64,000 bases of DNA from Azolla caroliniana (GCA_043228905.1 JBHGNT010000005.1:13144001-13208000); one strand, 5' to 3'; numbered from the stretch's first letter, positions 1 to 10,388 are shown. Numbers and translations: made by a program. The notes: generated by a model from the sequence alone, not told the origin.

Positions 1-532
1 CGGGTCTCATCCGTGAAGGCATGTCCGATATCCACGGACTTCCGAAGTGTCGGATCTCCTGAGACTTCTTTCCTCTTTTGTTCCTATCGGCGGGTAGTGG
101 TCCCGCAGCCGGTTTCACCTTCTTCTCCACGGTCTTGTATTTCGTACTTACCATTGCTTCTTCTTTACGGAGCGTATCCGGCTCCATTTTCGCAATGATC
201 TCATACATCTCGACCGATTCCACCGGGACTACCCGGTTCCCTTGGCTTTTATCTTCCGCAAGCTCTTCAAGTCGTTGTAGCGTGCTCCCATAGAACACTT
301 CTTCGACTATCCCCACGATTTCTTCATCTTCTTTTATTATTGATGCCGACCGCAACTTATCCTCCACTTGTTGGTATCCTTTCTTCAATCCTCCGGTTAC
401 GGTCGTGTACGTAGATGCCCCATCCGGACCGATTCGTACATGTTTTGCTCCGAGAGTTTTCTTCCTGTGTGGGGTATCAGGGCGTCTCGGACTATCACTT
501 CCCCACTCCGCAACAGTCCGCTTTAAAAATCC
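1..532 (-). pseudogene. pol: 5' end of pol (-1 frame relative to gag) with a 1-nt deletion near 85
   Basis: Reads GFLKRTVAEWGSDSP...VSTKYKTVEKKVKPAAGPLP, homologous to pol of copy 2; continues in another frame as EQKRKEVSGDPTLRKSVDIGHAFTDET. Confidence 0.8.
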
Positions 533-2565
533 ATTCTCACTTGGGACAAGAGTTCCCTCTTGTTCCTTTCGTGATTTGCTGGCACCGTTAGGAATTGGAC
601 GGATTTCCCACCGTTTTGGCTCCGAATTCGCGCAAAAGCCACACCGCTATCGAGCACCTTCGTCTCCATCCGTGATGCTGTGATAAAGGGTTGGCCGAGG
701 ATGACGGAATGTGAAACCTCATCTTGCACGAAGAAATTTTGGTCGATCTCGACATCCCCGATCTTCACCGTCACATCCGGACAAGCCTCAAATAGATCTT
801 CCGTTGCTTTGGTGGCCGCCCGAATCTTCCATCCATGGTTGGTGTTAATAGGCCACTTCCCCTTCCGGTAGAACTCCTTGGACATCAAGTTGATCTCCGA
901 TCCGTGATCAATCAATGCTAGCATGGGTTCTTTGATGTTGCCGATCCGGACCGGAGTCTCCGTAGTCGCGCGTGCCCAATGTGGCCTTGTATAGTGGGAG
1001 TTCGGAATTTCATCCTCCACTTCGGTGTCGTTCATTAAAACGGTGTTCGCATTCACCCTTGGAGCATTTTCCTCCGTACTTTGTCTTTTTCGCTTCACGA
1101 GATCTACGAGAAGATCGTGGAACTCCTTCTTTGCTATTCCAAGTAGCTCCCGAAGCGAGAAATCTACCCGGCTATCCAAGATTCTTTCCTCGAACACTCT
1201 TTTCAAGTCGGTTTGTTGTTCTATGTCCGAGGCGAGCTTGAATGCCGGAGTCGCCTTTTCTTTTCCCTTACCTCCGGAGTTCCAGCTTTCCGGTATCTTC
1301 GATGGCCCGGCCGCATCCTCCGTGCGTCGTCGTTTCTCGTCCACATACACCTTATGCAATTGACACAGGGCGTATACACTATTCTTGTCGACAGGGCACT
1401 CCCATCCCGTAGCTTCCCGGACGCCTTCCGCGGTGCTTCGGATCTCGTTGGAGTCGGTTTTCTCGGTGTTTTCTAGAACTTCCGGCCAAAAAGACGTCTT
1501 TGCTCTCGATGACTCCCCGACACATATTCCCGCGGTTGTCGCATAGTTGCTTCTTGCCGCCAATTCCTCCTCGAGCACCTTCTTCATGCCGCCTTTCCGG
1601 AGGTTCGGTCGGAGTGGCTTCCGAGAGTCCATCGAATGAATCCGGTTTCCCTTGTAGTAGATGAGATCCCGCCGTAGCGCCTCCTTATGCTCGTCGCAAT
1701 CCCTCCGATCCTGTTCGGCGCTATCGCACCATATGCACCGTCGGTCCATATACTTGGAGCTTGTGGGGCGGTCATCCGACTTCTTCACCATCGCGATCTT
1801 CAGATTCTCCATCTCCTTCAATAGTTGCTCCACCGTAGATGCATCAATCCCCTTCTCGGTTGTAGTCTCTCGAGCCCTCAGTTGATGGTCTTCCAATCCG
1901 GTTCTCGGTTTCGGAATCGGTTCCGAAACCCTCTTTTCCTCGTCGGCAAGCCATTGCCCCCTCTTCGTGTATCGCACGACGATATCCCGCATGCTTTCCC
2001 ATGTTTCGGTGAGGCCGCTCTCCGTGGTCGTGTCCTCCAAGAGCACTCCGAGATCTTTCCGGTCCCGGACGTCCACGGCTCGCAAGAACATGATCACCTT
2101 GTCCGGTACGAGGATAGCCTGATCTCTCGCAGACAACCTCCCGAACCGGCTTTCGAATGCCGAAAACACATCAACGACCTTCAATCCCTTGTCCGGCGTC
2201 TCCACCCAATCTTCGAATCCCCTTGGCGTCACCTTGGAGGAATCCTCGATGGCGAACGTCCGCTTTAGCTCTACTTCAAACGCCTCCCATGTCGGATTTT
2301 GCTGTCGTAGCCCATGGATGCTTGCTTGAAGCCCGTCGGTCGCCACCCAGTTGAAGGACGTCACTTGCAGTCCTTCGGATATTCCGCACCGTAGCATCTC
2401 CGCCTTGTAGTCCCGAAGATACCGCGACACGTCTTTCCCGTTGAATTGCCCGTTTCGTTGCACGAGCCGCTCCACTGATGCCGCTATCTCCGACATCGCG
2501 CGTTGTTCTTGTAGCATGCGCTCGAACATCATCATCATGTTGCTAGCCTCCGGTTGATTTTCCAT
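523..2565 (-). CDS. gag: Gag-protease polyprotein (680 aa)
   Basis: Degenerate zinc knuckle CIWCDSAEQDRRDC, aspartic protease motifs LIDHGSEINLM and VILGQPF; homologous to 7520-9646. Confidence 0.88.
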   Translation of the reverse strand: MENQPEASNMMMMFERMLQEQRAMSEIAASVERLVQRNGQFNGKDVSRYLRDYKAEMLRCGISEGLQVTSFNWVATDGLQASIHGLRQQNPTWEAFEVELKRTFAIEDSSKVTPRGFEDWVETPDKGLKVVDVFSAFESRFGRLSARDQAILVPDKVIMFLRAVDVRDRKDLGVLLEDTTTESGLTETWESMRDIVVRYTKRGQWLADEEKRVSEPIPKPRTGLEDHQLRARETTTEKGIDASTVEQLLKEMENLKIAMVKKSDDRPTSSKYMDRRCIWCDSAEQDRRDCDEHKEALRRDLIYYKGNRIHSMDSRKPLRPNLRKGGMKKVLEEELAARSNYATTAGICVGESSRAKTSFWPEVLENTEKTDSNEIRSTAEGVREATGWECPVDKNSVYALCQLHKVYVDEKRRRTEDAAGPSKIPESWNSGGKGKEKATPAFKLASDIEQQTDLKRVFEERILDSRVDFSLRELLGIAKKEFHDLLVDLVKRKRQSTEENAPRVNANTVLMNDTEVEDEIPNSHYTRPHWARATTETPVRIGNIKEPMLALIDHGSEINLMSKEFYRKGKWPINTNHGWKIRAATKATEDLFEACPDVTVKIGDVEIDQNFFVQDEVSHSVILGQPFITASRMETKVLDSGVAFARIRSQNGGKSVQFLTVPANHERNKRELLSQVRMDF

Positions 2566-2583
2566 CTCCTTGCCACCCGGTCT

Positions 2584-2600
2584 TCACGTCGGGTTCACCA
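2584..2600 (-). promoter_or_regulatory. Primer binding site complementary to tRNA-Trp 3' end
   Basis: TGGTGAACCCGACGTGA matches the plant tRNA-Trp 3' end ...UCACGUCGGGUUCACCA (recalled). Same or mutated motif at 9670-9686, ~14255-14271, 22356-22372, 54729-54745 and 61255-61271. Confidence 0.85.
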
Positions 2601-3143
2601 ATTGTGTCGTGCCCTTCGGCTCCGGATCGTTGCCTGAGTCGGGTGGGAACCGTAGAGGTTTTTGACTAGGAGGAAGAGGAATACAACTTAAGGCTAGTTA
2701 TGAATAGTGGAAAGAGAAGTAAGATAGCAATCTCGTGAATCCCACGAGTCTAGTGTAATTAAAACAATATTTAGATTATAAGGGCAATTAGATGGCAAAA
2801 TTCGTGAATCCCACGAATGTATTAGATTGATCAAACCTTGTATCTTAATCAACAACCATATACATATTTTTCTCCTCCTTATATATAAAGATGGAAGAGG
2901 CTAAGCATGGCTTCATGCTTTTTCACCTAAAGTGCCCATGCACACTAAATGTGCATGTGATGCTTTGTCATTTCCTAAATATAGGGCTCATGCACGCTAG
3001 ATGTGCATGAGTCACTTTTAATGTCACGTGTAAATAAAATATTCACACTCTAAAGAATACATGATTTTTACCTTTTAATAAAGGTATGTGTAAATAAAGG
3101 TCTTATACGTATTAAATCTATATTTATAACACTAAAGATAAGT

Positions 3144-3200
3144 TATTACAATGGTAAAGTTGGGGTTTATCTACGTGGAGGTGCATGGTTCGAATCTTGC
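3144..3200 (+). promoter_or_regulatory. tRNA-derived Pol III A/B-box module in LTR U3 (antisense to element)
   Basis: A-like TATTACAATGG 3144-3154, B box GGTTCGAATCT 3187-3197, start-to-start spacing 43 nt. Confidence 0.7.
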
Positions 3201-3287
3201 CCTATGCACGTGATAAATTCTTTTGATATATTATTTATTTATTTATATGTATCTAAAATCGGATATATTATTTTATGGTTTTCACGT

Positions 3288-3959
3288 TGTCGGGGTTGCT
3301 ACGCCCTTGCGTGCAGAAAGGAGGAGGGACCACGGGGGTCTTGGACCGAAGAGCAAGAGAGAGAGAGGAGAAGGAGAGACCCGATTACACAGAACCGAAG
3401 ATTGCACAGGGACACGGCCCAACAAACAGAGATCACAAATAAACGCCGACACAGATGGACGCAACCACGGAAGATATGTACTTATGAATGCAAGAAAATA
3501 ACAGCTAAAGTGTTACAACCCACGGTGGGGCACTAAATAGATACTAACGAAAACGAACAGGGCGGCGAACAGATGCCGACCCCTGTATGTCGCGACGCAC
3601 GGAAAGGGGAAAATAGGTCGGAGGTGCTGCAGGACGCACTCGGGGCGTTCCACGGAACAGCGCAAGCCTCCTCGAAACCTGCACAGGTACGCGATGGAGC
3701 AGAAGACAGAGAGAGCAGGAGTGAGAGAGGAGCTTCGAAATCGGTTCCGCAGCACTTCGTCCTCTCCGCGCGAGATATCTCACTTCTATTCTCCCTCTTC
3801 CTTTCATAGCCCGTCAAGAGGCCGTTTGGCATTAACTGCATACCAACCGAATCTACCCACCTAGGATCCTCGTATGTACTTCTTGGCGCGCGTGTGTGTA
3901 GAGCCGTTTCCCACGCCTTGTTCCTCCGATTCCTCTTGTGGGCGGTTTTCTTCACGACA
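3288..3959 (-). repeat. 3' LTR of gypsy copy 2
   Basis: Direct repeat of 9690-10361. Confidence 0.97.
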
Positions 3960-4031
3960 TCCGCCCCCACCTAACCGCGCATCCACCGGTATGCGCCAAA
4001 TTAAGTTGGCACGGAGAAAACCGGCCCGCCT

Positions 4032-7000
4032 TTACTCTTCGCCTGCCGGCCCTTCCTCGGCCTCGGATCGGTCGTTGCTGCTGTCCAGGAGAATCGGGTC
4101 GGGTTCGTTGTCGTGCCGCTTCTTGAAAGCTTTGATCCTCTTCCCGGCCACGGGTATCGCTATTCTCGTACCGTCGAGTTCCGCCAGATGATACGTCCCG
4201 TTGTCGTTGGCGCTCTGTACCGTGTACGGCCCGAACCATCTCCGTGCGAACTTCCGCGTTGCTCGGTGCTGGTTGTCGAGGCTGCTGTCGTAGACGAGCA
4301 CCCAGTCACCTTCGTCGATTCTCTTCGGTCGTAGCCGGTGCGTTCGGTCGAACCGGGCTTCGTTCTTTGTCCTCGCCACCCGGAGCTTCTCCGTAGCCAG
4401 TGCCACGTCCTCCGGTCTCCGCTCGAGCTGTCGTATACGCGCGGCCAACAACTCCTCCCGGCTCATCTCGTCCCTCCAGTCGACCGTTGCCCACGAGGAG
4501 ATCGTCCGTTCAATCGGCATGATCGGCTTCTGGCCGAACATGAGCTCTGTCGGCATGTACCCGGTTACCGAACTGTGCGTGGTCCGGTCTGCCCACAAAG
4601 CGTAAGGTAGGAGCCGCGGCCAGTCACCGATTCGGCCTCCGCATGCCCGAACCAACGCCTTGACGATCGGTCCGTGTCCGCGCTCCACCTTCCCATTCGC
4701 CTCCGGATTGTACGCAGTGGTGAGCGAGAGCTTGACCCCCAGCCGGTCGAACAGCTCCGCGGCTTCCTCGGCGTCCAACTCCCCTCGGTCAGCCACGATC
4801 TTCCCGACGCACCCGTACCGGCATATCACGTCCTCGATCAGGAACCGACACACGGCCGCGGTCGTCTTGTTCTGAAGGGCTCGGCCTTCCACCTGGTTCG
4901 TCAGGTCTTCCCGTGCTAGGACCAGATACCGCATCTGTCCTACCCCCATCGGCATCGTCACCAGATCTACCATCCATTTGAAGTGGATAGTCGGAGGGTA
5001 CGTAGGGTGAAGCCCGTCCCGGTGTCGGACTATCGAGTGCATCTGACAACTCTCGCAAGTTGACACGAACCGATGCACGTCCCGGTACAATCCCGACCAC
5101 CAGTACTTCCCCTTCAGCTTCTCAAATGTCGCCCACGTTCCACGGTGTCCAGCCCAAGGGCTGTCGTGGTAGGCCGCCAGTAGCTCCTCCTGTTCTTCCT
5201 TCATCGCCACCACCCGGAGCGGGACGCCGTTCCTCTTCTTCGGGTGCTTCCACAAATGCCCATCTCGGAGAAAGAATCGATATGCTTTCTTCCGGATCCG
5301 GTTGGCCTCGTCCTTCGTCCATGACGCATCGGGCGTCATTGTCTTCAAAAACCCGCCGATCTGCAGCCACTCCCCGTCGTACTTGCTCGCGTCGAACTCG
5401 TTAAGCGCCGGAGTGCCCATCCCGTCGGTTGTTATGTATGCCGCCTCGAAGAAATCCACGCCGACTTCTTCGTCTTCCGAAACCATGCCGCCCTCGTCGT
5501 CGAACCTCGCCCTCGAAAGCATGTCGGCCATGGCGTTGTCTTTCCCGGAAATGTGTCGTATTTCCGGGTCCAGGGACTTGATGTACGCTATCCACCTGAG
5601 CATCGCCAGGTCCGGAGTCGCGCATCCGGAAACCATACCGAGAATCGGCAGGCAATCCGTCTCGATGATCACTTCTGTCCCTATCAGGTAGTCTTTGTCG
5701 GCCTTAACCGCCGAAACAATACCCCAGAGTTCGCGTTTAACCTGGGCGTATCCTCGCTGCCGTTCACTGAGGACTTTCGCGCCGAATCGGATCGGAAACC
5801 GATTGCCGTCCTCGTCTTCCTGGTTCACGACCCATCCGATCCCGGTCGGACTGGTATCCACCGTTATGAATACCGGGGTACCCTTCCCGTATACCGCCTT
5901 CCGGAGTGCCGGTGCCGCTGCGAGGGCCTCTTTCAGCTTCCGGACCGATTCCGCGTGCTCGTCCAGCCATTCGAACCTTCGCCCCTTTTTCAGCAACCCG
6001 TACAGTGGCTCCGCGACGTGTGCGTAATGCGGGATCCATATGTGGTAGAACGCGCATGCCCCCAGGAATCTCCGTACTTCCGTGACCGAGCTGCAGTCGG
6101 GCTTCATCGCGGAGATGGCTTCTACCTTTGCCGGAGACGGTTTCCGGCCATATGGTCCGCACAGGTGTCCGACCACCATGATTTCTGACTGCCCGAAGGC
6201 CGACTTCTCCCCGGAGAAGGTGAGTCTCGCATCCTCTAGCCTTTGCAGCACCTTCTCGCAGTCGTCGATGTGCGTCGCCACGAATCGCCGGCATCCGTCC
6301 GGCCCGATCGTCTCGTCCCTTTCTTCCACCGGGCATCCCTTGACCGGGATGTCGTCCAGAAACGGCATGGTGATGTCCGGAATACAGTCCCTCAGAACCT
6401 TGTTCATCGCATTCACCATGTGGGCCACCGAGTTGGTCCCCCCTTGCGGCAGTGTACACATCCGAACTAGGCCGAGGGGAGTTCGCATCGTCGTAATGTC
6501 TCTGCTCTCCACGGCTAGCTGGAACTGGTCGTACCCTGAGTATAGATCCCCGACCGAGTAAATTGACCTTCCGGCGAAGGCCTCCGCGAACTCGTCTATG
6601 GTCGGTCCGATCCCTGCGTTCCGAATCGTCACTCGATTGACCGGCTGCAGGTCCTGGATGAAGCGCAACGAACCGTTTTTCTTCGGTACGGTAAACCATC
6701 GATTCGAATATGGGGCGCTCGACGGCTCGAGAATTCCCATATCAACTTTCTGCCTCAGCAGCTCCATCAACTTCGGGATGTGAGCTCTCGGAACCGGGAT
6801 TGGCTTGAGATTCCATGGTACATGCGGTACCGTGAATATCACCATCGGCTCCACGATCGTCGGGTCAACGCACCCGATTTCCTCCGGCGAGAATGCGAAG
6901 GCTTTCCCGTGCCTTCCGAGCATTATCCGAAACCGGTCTTCCTCCGCCGGCAGTAGGAACCCGCCCCCACCGATTTTGAGCTCTCGGAGCGTCTCGTCGG

Positions 7001-7529
7001 TAAAGGTGTGTCCTATGCAGGCCGGATCTCGTAGACTAGGGTCCGATGCAACCCCTTTGATTCTCGACGCGCTGTCCTCCGGTAAGGGTGCCGCGACTGG
7101 CCTTACCTTCCGGTCCACAGTCTTGTACTTGGTGCTCACGTGGGCCGTCCGAACTGACTCGAGCCCTCGACCGAAGTCCGCGATGACTTCGTACATCTCC
7201 TCGGAACACACCGGTATCGTCCGGTCTTCGTTAAGGCCTTCTTCGACTACCTTTCCCAGCATTCCCAAGGTGTCGTCGAATGAGACCGCCTCCACGGCTC
7301 CGTCGATTTCCTCGTCAAGGCCGAGAACTCCGCACGCTCGAAGTCTCCCCTCCGCCTTTCTCTTCTCTCGGCCGCCGATGCCGACTGTCGTGCACGCTCC
7401 GCTGTCGGAGAACAAAAATCCCCTACCTATGGTACAAGGTTTCTTCGGTTTTGTCGTACAGGTGTGGGGTTTTCCCGGGGTGTCCGGACTGTCGCGGCCC
7501 CACGCCTTGGCAGTCCTCTCTAAAAATCC
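4032..7529 (-). CDS. pol: Pol (RT-RNase H-integrase), predicted to be reached by -1 frameshift from gag
   Basis: RT DLYSGYDQ and FLDD, RNase H DTSPTGIG, integrase HHCC (H..GH..CESC), DDE core and FGPY. Frame is open upstream of 7415 to the slippery site GGATTTT at 7523-7529. Confidence 0.93.
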   Translation of the reverse strand, partial: GFLERTAKAWGRDSPDTPGKPHTCTTKPKKPCTIGRGFLFSDSGACTTVGIGGREKRKAEGRLRACGVLGLDEEIDGAVEAVSFDDTLGMLGKVVEEGLNEDRTIPVCSEEMYEVIADFGRGLESVRTAHVSTKYKTVDRKVRPVAAPLPEDSASRIKGVASDPSLRDPACIGHTFTDETLRELKIGGGGFLLPAEEDRFRIMLGRHGKAFAFSPEEIGCVDPTIVEPMVIFTVPHVPWNLKPIPVPRAHIPKLMELLRQKVDMGILEPSSAPYSNRWFTVPKKNGSLRFIQDLQPVNRVTIRNAGIGPTIDEFAEAFAGRSIYSVGDLYSGYDQFQLAVESRDITTMRTPLGLVRMCTLPQGGTNSVAHMVNAMNKVLRDCIPDITMPFLDDIPVKGCPVEERDETIGPDGCRRFVATHIDDCEKVLQRLEDARLTFSGEKSAFGQSEIMVVGHLCGPYGRKPSPAKVEAISAMKPDCSSVTEVRRFLGACAFYHIWIPHYAHVAEPLYGLLKKGRRFEWLDEHAESVRKLKEALAAAPALRKAVYGKGTPVFITVDTSPTGIGWVVNQEDEDGNRFPIRFGAKVLSERQRGYAQVKRELWGIVSAVKADKDYLIGTEVIIETDCLPILGMVSGCATPDLAMLRWIAYIKSLDPEIRHISGKDNAMADMLSRARFDDEGGMVSEDEEVGVDFFEAAYITTDGMGTPALNEFDASKYDGEWLQIGGFLKTMTPDASWTKDEANRIRKKAYRFFLRDGHLWKHPKKRNGVPLRVVAMKEEQEELLAAYHDSPWAGHRGTWATFEKLKGKYWWSGLYRDVHRFVSTCESCQMHSIVRHRDGLHPTYPPTIHFKWMVDLVTMPMGVGQMRYLVLAREDLTNQVEGRALQNKTTAAVCRFLIEDVICRYGCVGKIVADRGELDAEEAAELFDRLGVKLSLTTAYNPEANGKVERGHGPIVKALVRACGGRIGDWPRLLPYALWADRTTHSSVTGYMPTELMFGQKPIMPIERTISSWATVDWRDEMSREELLAARIRQLERRPEDVALATEKLRVARTKNEARFDRTHRLRPKRIDEGDWVLVYDSSLDNQHRATRKFARRWFGPYTVQSANDNGTYHLAELDGTRIAIPVAGKRIKAFKKRHDNEPDPILLDSSNDRSEAEEGPAGEE
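7461..7529 (-). promoter_or_regulatory. -1 ribosomal frameshift signal (G_GAU_UUU + stop + H-type pseudoknot)
   Basis: Heptamer directly before gag UAG; stem 1 GGACUG/CAGUCC, loop GUGGGG pairs with downstream CCCCAC; conserved at 467-532 and 12330-12397. Confidence 0.8.
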
Positions 7530-9646
7530 TCTCGGTTTTCGGAACCGAGGGAATCACGGTTACGTTCGTGGTTCGGCCTTACCGTCAGAAACTGGACCGA
7601 ATGGCGCCCGTCTTGGCTTTTGACCCTCGCGTAGGCCGAACCATTGTCCAGCACTTTGGTCTCCATCCGCGCCGCCGTAATGTACGGTTCTCCCAGAATG
7701 ACCGGGTGCGAAGACGTCTCCTGCACGAAGAAGTGTTGGTCAATCTCGACGTCGCCAATCTTGACCCGCACATTCGGACAGGCCCCGTGCAGTTCCTCGG
7801 TGGCGCGCGTTGCTGCCCTTATTTTCCACCCGTGCTTGGTGTTGATCGGCCATTTGCCCTTCTTATAGAAGTCCATGGACATCAAATTGATCTCCGATCC
7901 GTGGTCCACCAAAGCTATCACCGGTTCCTGGACATCGCCGATCTTCACCGGGGTTTCCGTGGTCGCTCGGGCCCAGTGTGGTCTCGAATAGTGGCTTTCC
8001 GCCCACTCGTCTCCCAGCGCCATGTCGTCTAGGTGCGTCGTCCGCACTTCCACCGGTCTTTCCGGTTCTGTCTCCGTCGACAGCCTCTTCCGTTTCACCA
8101 AGTCCACGATGGAGTCGTGGAACTCCTTCTTGGCGATTCCCAGCACCTCCCGTAACGACAGCTCCACCTTGCTGTCGAGGATCCGTTCCTCCAGGACCTT
8201 TCGTAAGTCCGTGGTTCTTTCTATCTCCGTCCCCAGACGGTACCCGCCCTTCTGGGGTTTATCTCGCGTACCGGCCCCGCCGGCTTCGTCCCGTCGCGGC
8301 CCGGACCGGGTCTCGTATCGTTGTGAGGGCCCGGTCGTCCCGGGTTTCCCCACCCGCTTCTCTTCTACCAGAGCCTCGTAGTTCCGGCAAGCGGCTTCCA
8401 CGAAGCCCGTCTTCTCCTCGACCGGGTCGCTCCACCCGGTCATCTCCCGTACCCGTTTCTCCGCACGGTCCGATTCCTCCCTTTTAAGCCCTGCACCGGC
8501 AAGGCCTCCCAGCATCGTCGGCCAGAATCCGGCTTCGCTTTCCCTTCGGGCCTCGCCGCCCCCGACTCGAATGCCGGCTGACGCCGAGTAGTGGACGGTT
8601 TCCGCGTGTCGGGCCGCCGCCTCTTCCATCACCCTTTTCATACCGCCCTTTCCGTCGTTTCGGCTCAGGGCCCTTCGGGTGTCGCTGGCATGCACCCGTC
8701 CTTCCCACAGGTACACCACCCTGTTCCTCAGCGCCTCCGCGAAGTCGCCGCAGTCCTTCCGAATGTGGCCGACTTCATCGCACCACATGCACCTGTTTCC
8801 TGCCGCCGGCCGTCGGTCACGAGCCGGTTCGCCTCCTTCCCTTCGGGCCTGCGCGATTTGGAGGTCCTTTATCGCCTTTGTCAATTCCTCCAGCGCCGCT
8901 CCTCCGGTTGAGCCTCTGACTACGCCGGTCGAAGCCGAACCGGTATCCAACCACTCTCGGGTCTCTTCCTTTCGCACCTGTGGCGCTGGATCGAGCTTCC
9001 TTGCTGCGACCGAGCCCGACCCGGTTGCACCGTTATCCGCCCATTCTCGCCGTTTATCGAAACGGCCACAGACCTTCCTGACAGCCGCCCAGTCCGTAGT
9101 GAGCCCGTCTTCGGTTTCCAGCAAGAAGCCCACTTGCTCCCGATCCCGCTCGTCGACCGTCTTGACAAACAGCAAGACCCGGCTCGTGTCCAGGATGGTT
9201 CGGTCAAGCGCCGAAAGGCGCGCAAAGTTTTCCTCGAACTCCCGGAGGAGCGCCGACGCGTTTCTTCCCTTCCCCGGGGACTCCACCCATTCCATGAACC
9301 TTCGCTTCGAAAGCCGGAGCGTGTCGTCCAGCCCGTATTTCTCTAGGAGCCGACCTTCGAACTCCTCCCAGGTACGGCTCTCCATCCGCACCTCGAGCAC
9401 CTCCGCGTGGATGCTCGGCATCGCCACTCGGGGAAATCCGGCAAGACGCCTTTCTTCCGGAATGTCCCGCATCAGCATCTCTGCACCGTAGGACGCCAAA
9501 TACTTCGTGGCATCCTTCCCATCGAACCGGCCGATCGTGCCGACGACCGCCTCAATAGCTCTGTCGAGGGCACCGGTGCTCTCGCGCGCGTTTACAATCC
9601 GATCCACGGCCGAAGCCATGGCCTCTGCGAGATCCGACCCTCTCAT
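7520..9646 (-). CDS. gag: Gag-protease polyprotein
   Basis: First ATG at 9646 (the ORF-track GTG start lies inside the PBS); CCHC knuckle CMWCDEVGHIRKDC; protease LVDHGSEINLM...VILGEPY. Confidence 0.92.
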   Translation of the reverse strand: MRGSDLAEAMASAVDRIVNARESTGALDRAIEAVVGTIGRFDGKDATKYLASYGAEMLMRDIPEERRLAGFPRVAMPSIHAEVLEVRMESRTWEEFEGRLLEKYGLDDTLRLSKRRFMEWVESPGKGRNASALLREFEENFARLSALDRTILDTSRVLLFVKTVDERDREQVGFLLETEDGLTTDWAAVRKVCGRFDKRREWADNGATGSGSVAARKLDPAPQVRKEETREWLDTGSASTGVVRGSTGGAALEELTKAIKDLQIAQARREGGEPARDRRPAAGNRCMWCDEVGHIRKDCGDFAEALRNRVVYLWEGRVHASDTRRALSRNDGKGGMKRVMEEAAARHAETVHYSASAGIRVGGGEARRESEAGFWPTMLGGLAGAGLKREESDRAEKRVREMTGWSDPVEEKTGFVEAACRNYEALVEEKRVGKPGTTGPSQRYETRSGPRRDEAGGAGTRDKPQKGGYRLGTEIERTTDLRKVLEERILDSKVELSLREVLGIAKKEFHDSIVDLVKRKRLSTETEPERPVEVRTTHLDDMALGDEWAESHYSRPHWARATTETPVKIGDVQEPVIALVDHGSEINLMSMDFYKKGKWPINTKHGWKIRAATRATEELHGACPNVRVKIGDVEIDQHFFVQETSSHPVILGEPYITAARMETKVLDNGSAYARVKSQDGRHSVQFLTVRPNHERNRDSLGSENREDF

Positions 9647-9689
9647 TTCCTGCTCTTCTGCCGCCTCTTTCACGTCGGGTTCACCAAGA

Positions 9690-10361
9690 TGTCGGGGTTG
9701 CTACGCCCTTGCGTGCAGAAAGGAGGAGGGACCACGGGGGTCTTGGACCGAAGAGCAAGAGAGAGAGAGGAGAAGGAGAGACCCGATTACACAGAACCGA
9801 AGATTGCACAGGGACACGGCCCAACAAACAGAGATCACAAATAAACGCCGACACAGATGGACGCAACCACGGAAGATATGTACTTATGAATGCAAGAAAA
9901 TAACAGCTAAAGTGTTACAACCCACGGTGGGGCACTAAATAGATACTAACGAAAACGAACAGGGCGGCGAACAGATGCCGACCCCTGTATGTCGCGACGC
10001 ACGGAAAGGGGAAAACAGGTCGGAGGTGCTGCAGGACGCACTCGGGGCGTTCCACAGAACAGCGCAAGCCTCCTCGAAACCTGCACAGGTACGCGATGGA
10101 GCAGAAGACAGAGAGAGCAGGAGTGAGAGAGGAGCTTCGAAATCGGTTCCGCAGCACTTCGTCCTCTCCGCGCGAGATATCTCACTTCTATTCTCCCTCT
10201 TCCTTTCATAGCCCGTCAAGAGGCCGTTTGGCATTAACTGCATACCAACCGAATCTACCCACCTAGGATCCTCGTATGTACTTCTTGGCGCGCGTGTGTG
10301 TAGAGCCGTTTCCCACGCCTTGTTCCTCCGATTCCTCTTGTGGGCGGTTTTCTTCACGACA
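9690..10361 (-). repeat. 5' LTR of gypsy copy 2
   Basis: Followed on the - strand by a 3-nt spacer and the tRNA-Trp PBS. Confidence 0.97.
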
Positions 10362-10388
10362 ACGTAGTGTGTGGAATACACTACGACA

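Larger units (their letters stand above)
3288..10361 (-). mobile_element. Intact, young Ty3/gypsy LTR retrotransposon (Phygy-like, copy 2)
   Basis: 672-bp LTRs 3288-3959 and 9690-10361 (TG..CA, 2 differences seen), 4-bp TSD ACGT (3284-3287/10362-10365), tRNA-Trp PBS 9670-9686, PPT GGTTAGGTGGGGGCGGA next to the 3' LTR, open gag-PR and pol ORFs. Confidence 0.97.
1..10388 (-). mobile_element. Ty3/gypsy LTR retrotransposon (Phygy-like, copy 1); 3' part lies outside the window; 5' LTR interrupted by copy 2
   Basis: Gag-PR ORF 523-2565, start of pol 1-532, PBS TGGTGAACCCGACGTGA (2584-2600, - strand), 5' LTR 2605-3287 + 10366-10388 with TGTCGT...ACGACA ends; right flank ACGT. Confidence 0.9.

Noticed and set aside
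4113-9491. Many long antisense or alternative-frame ORFs (e.g. 5764-6699, 6805-7623, 8679-9491, 61450-62262)
   Set aside because: Shadows of GC-rich gag/pol codon usage; no recognisable motifs.
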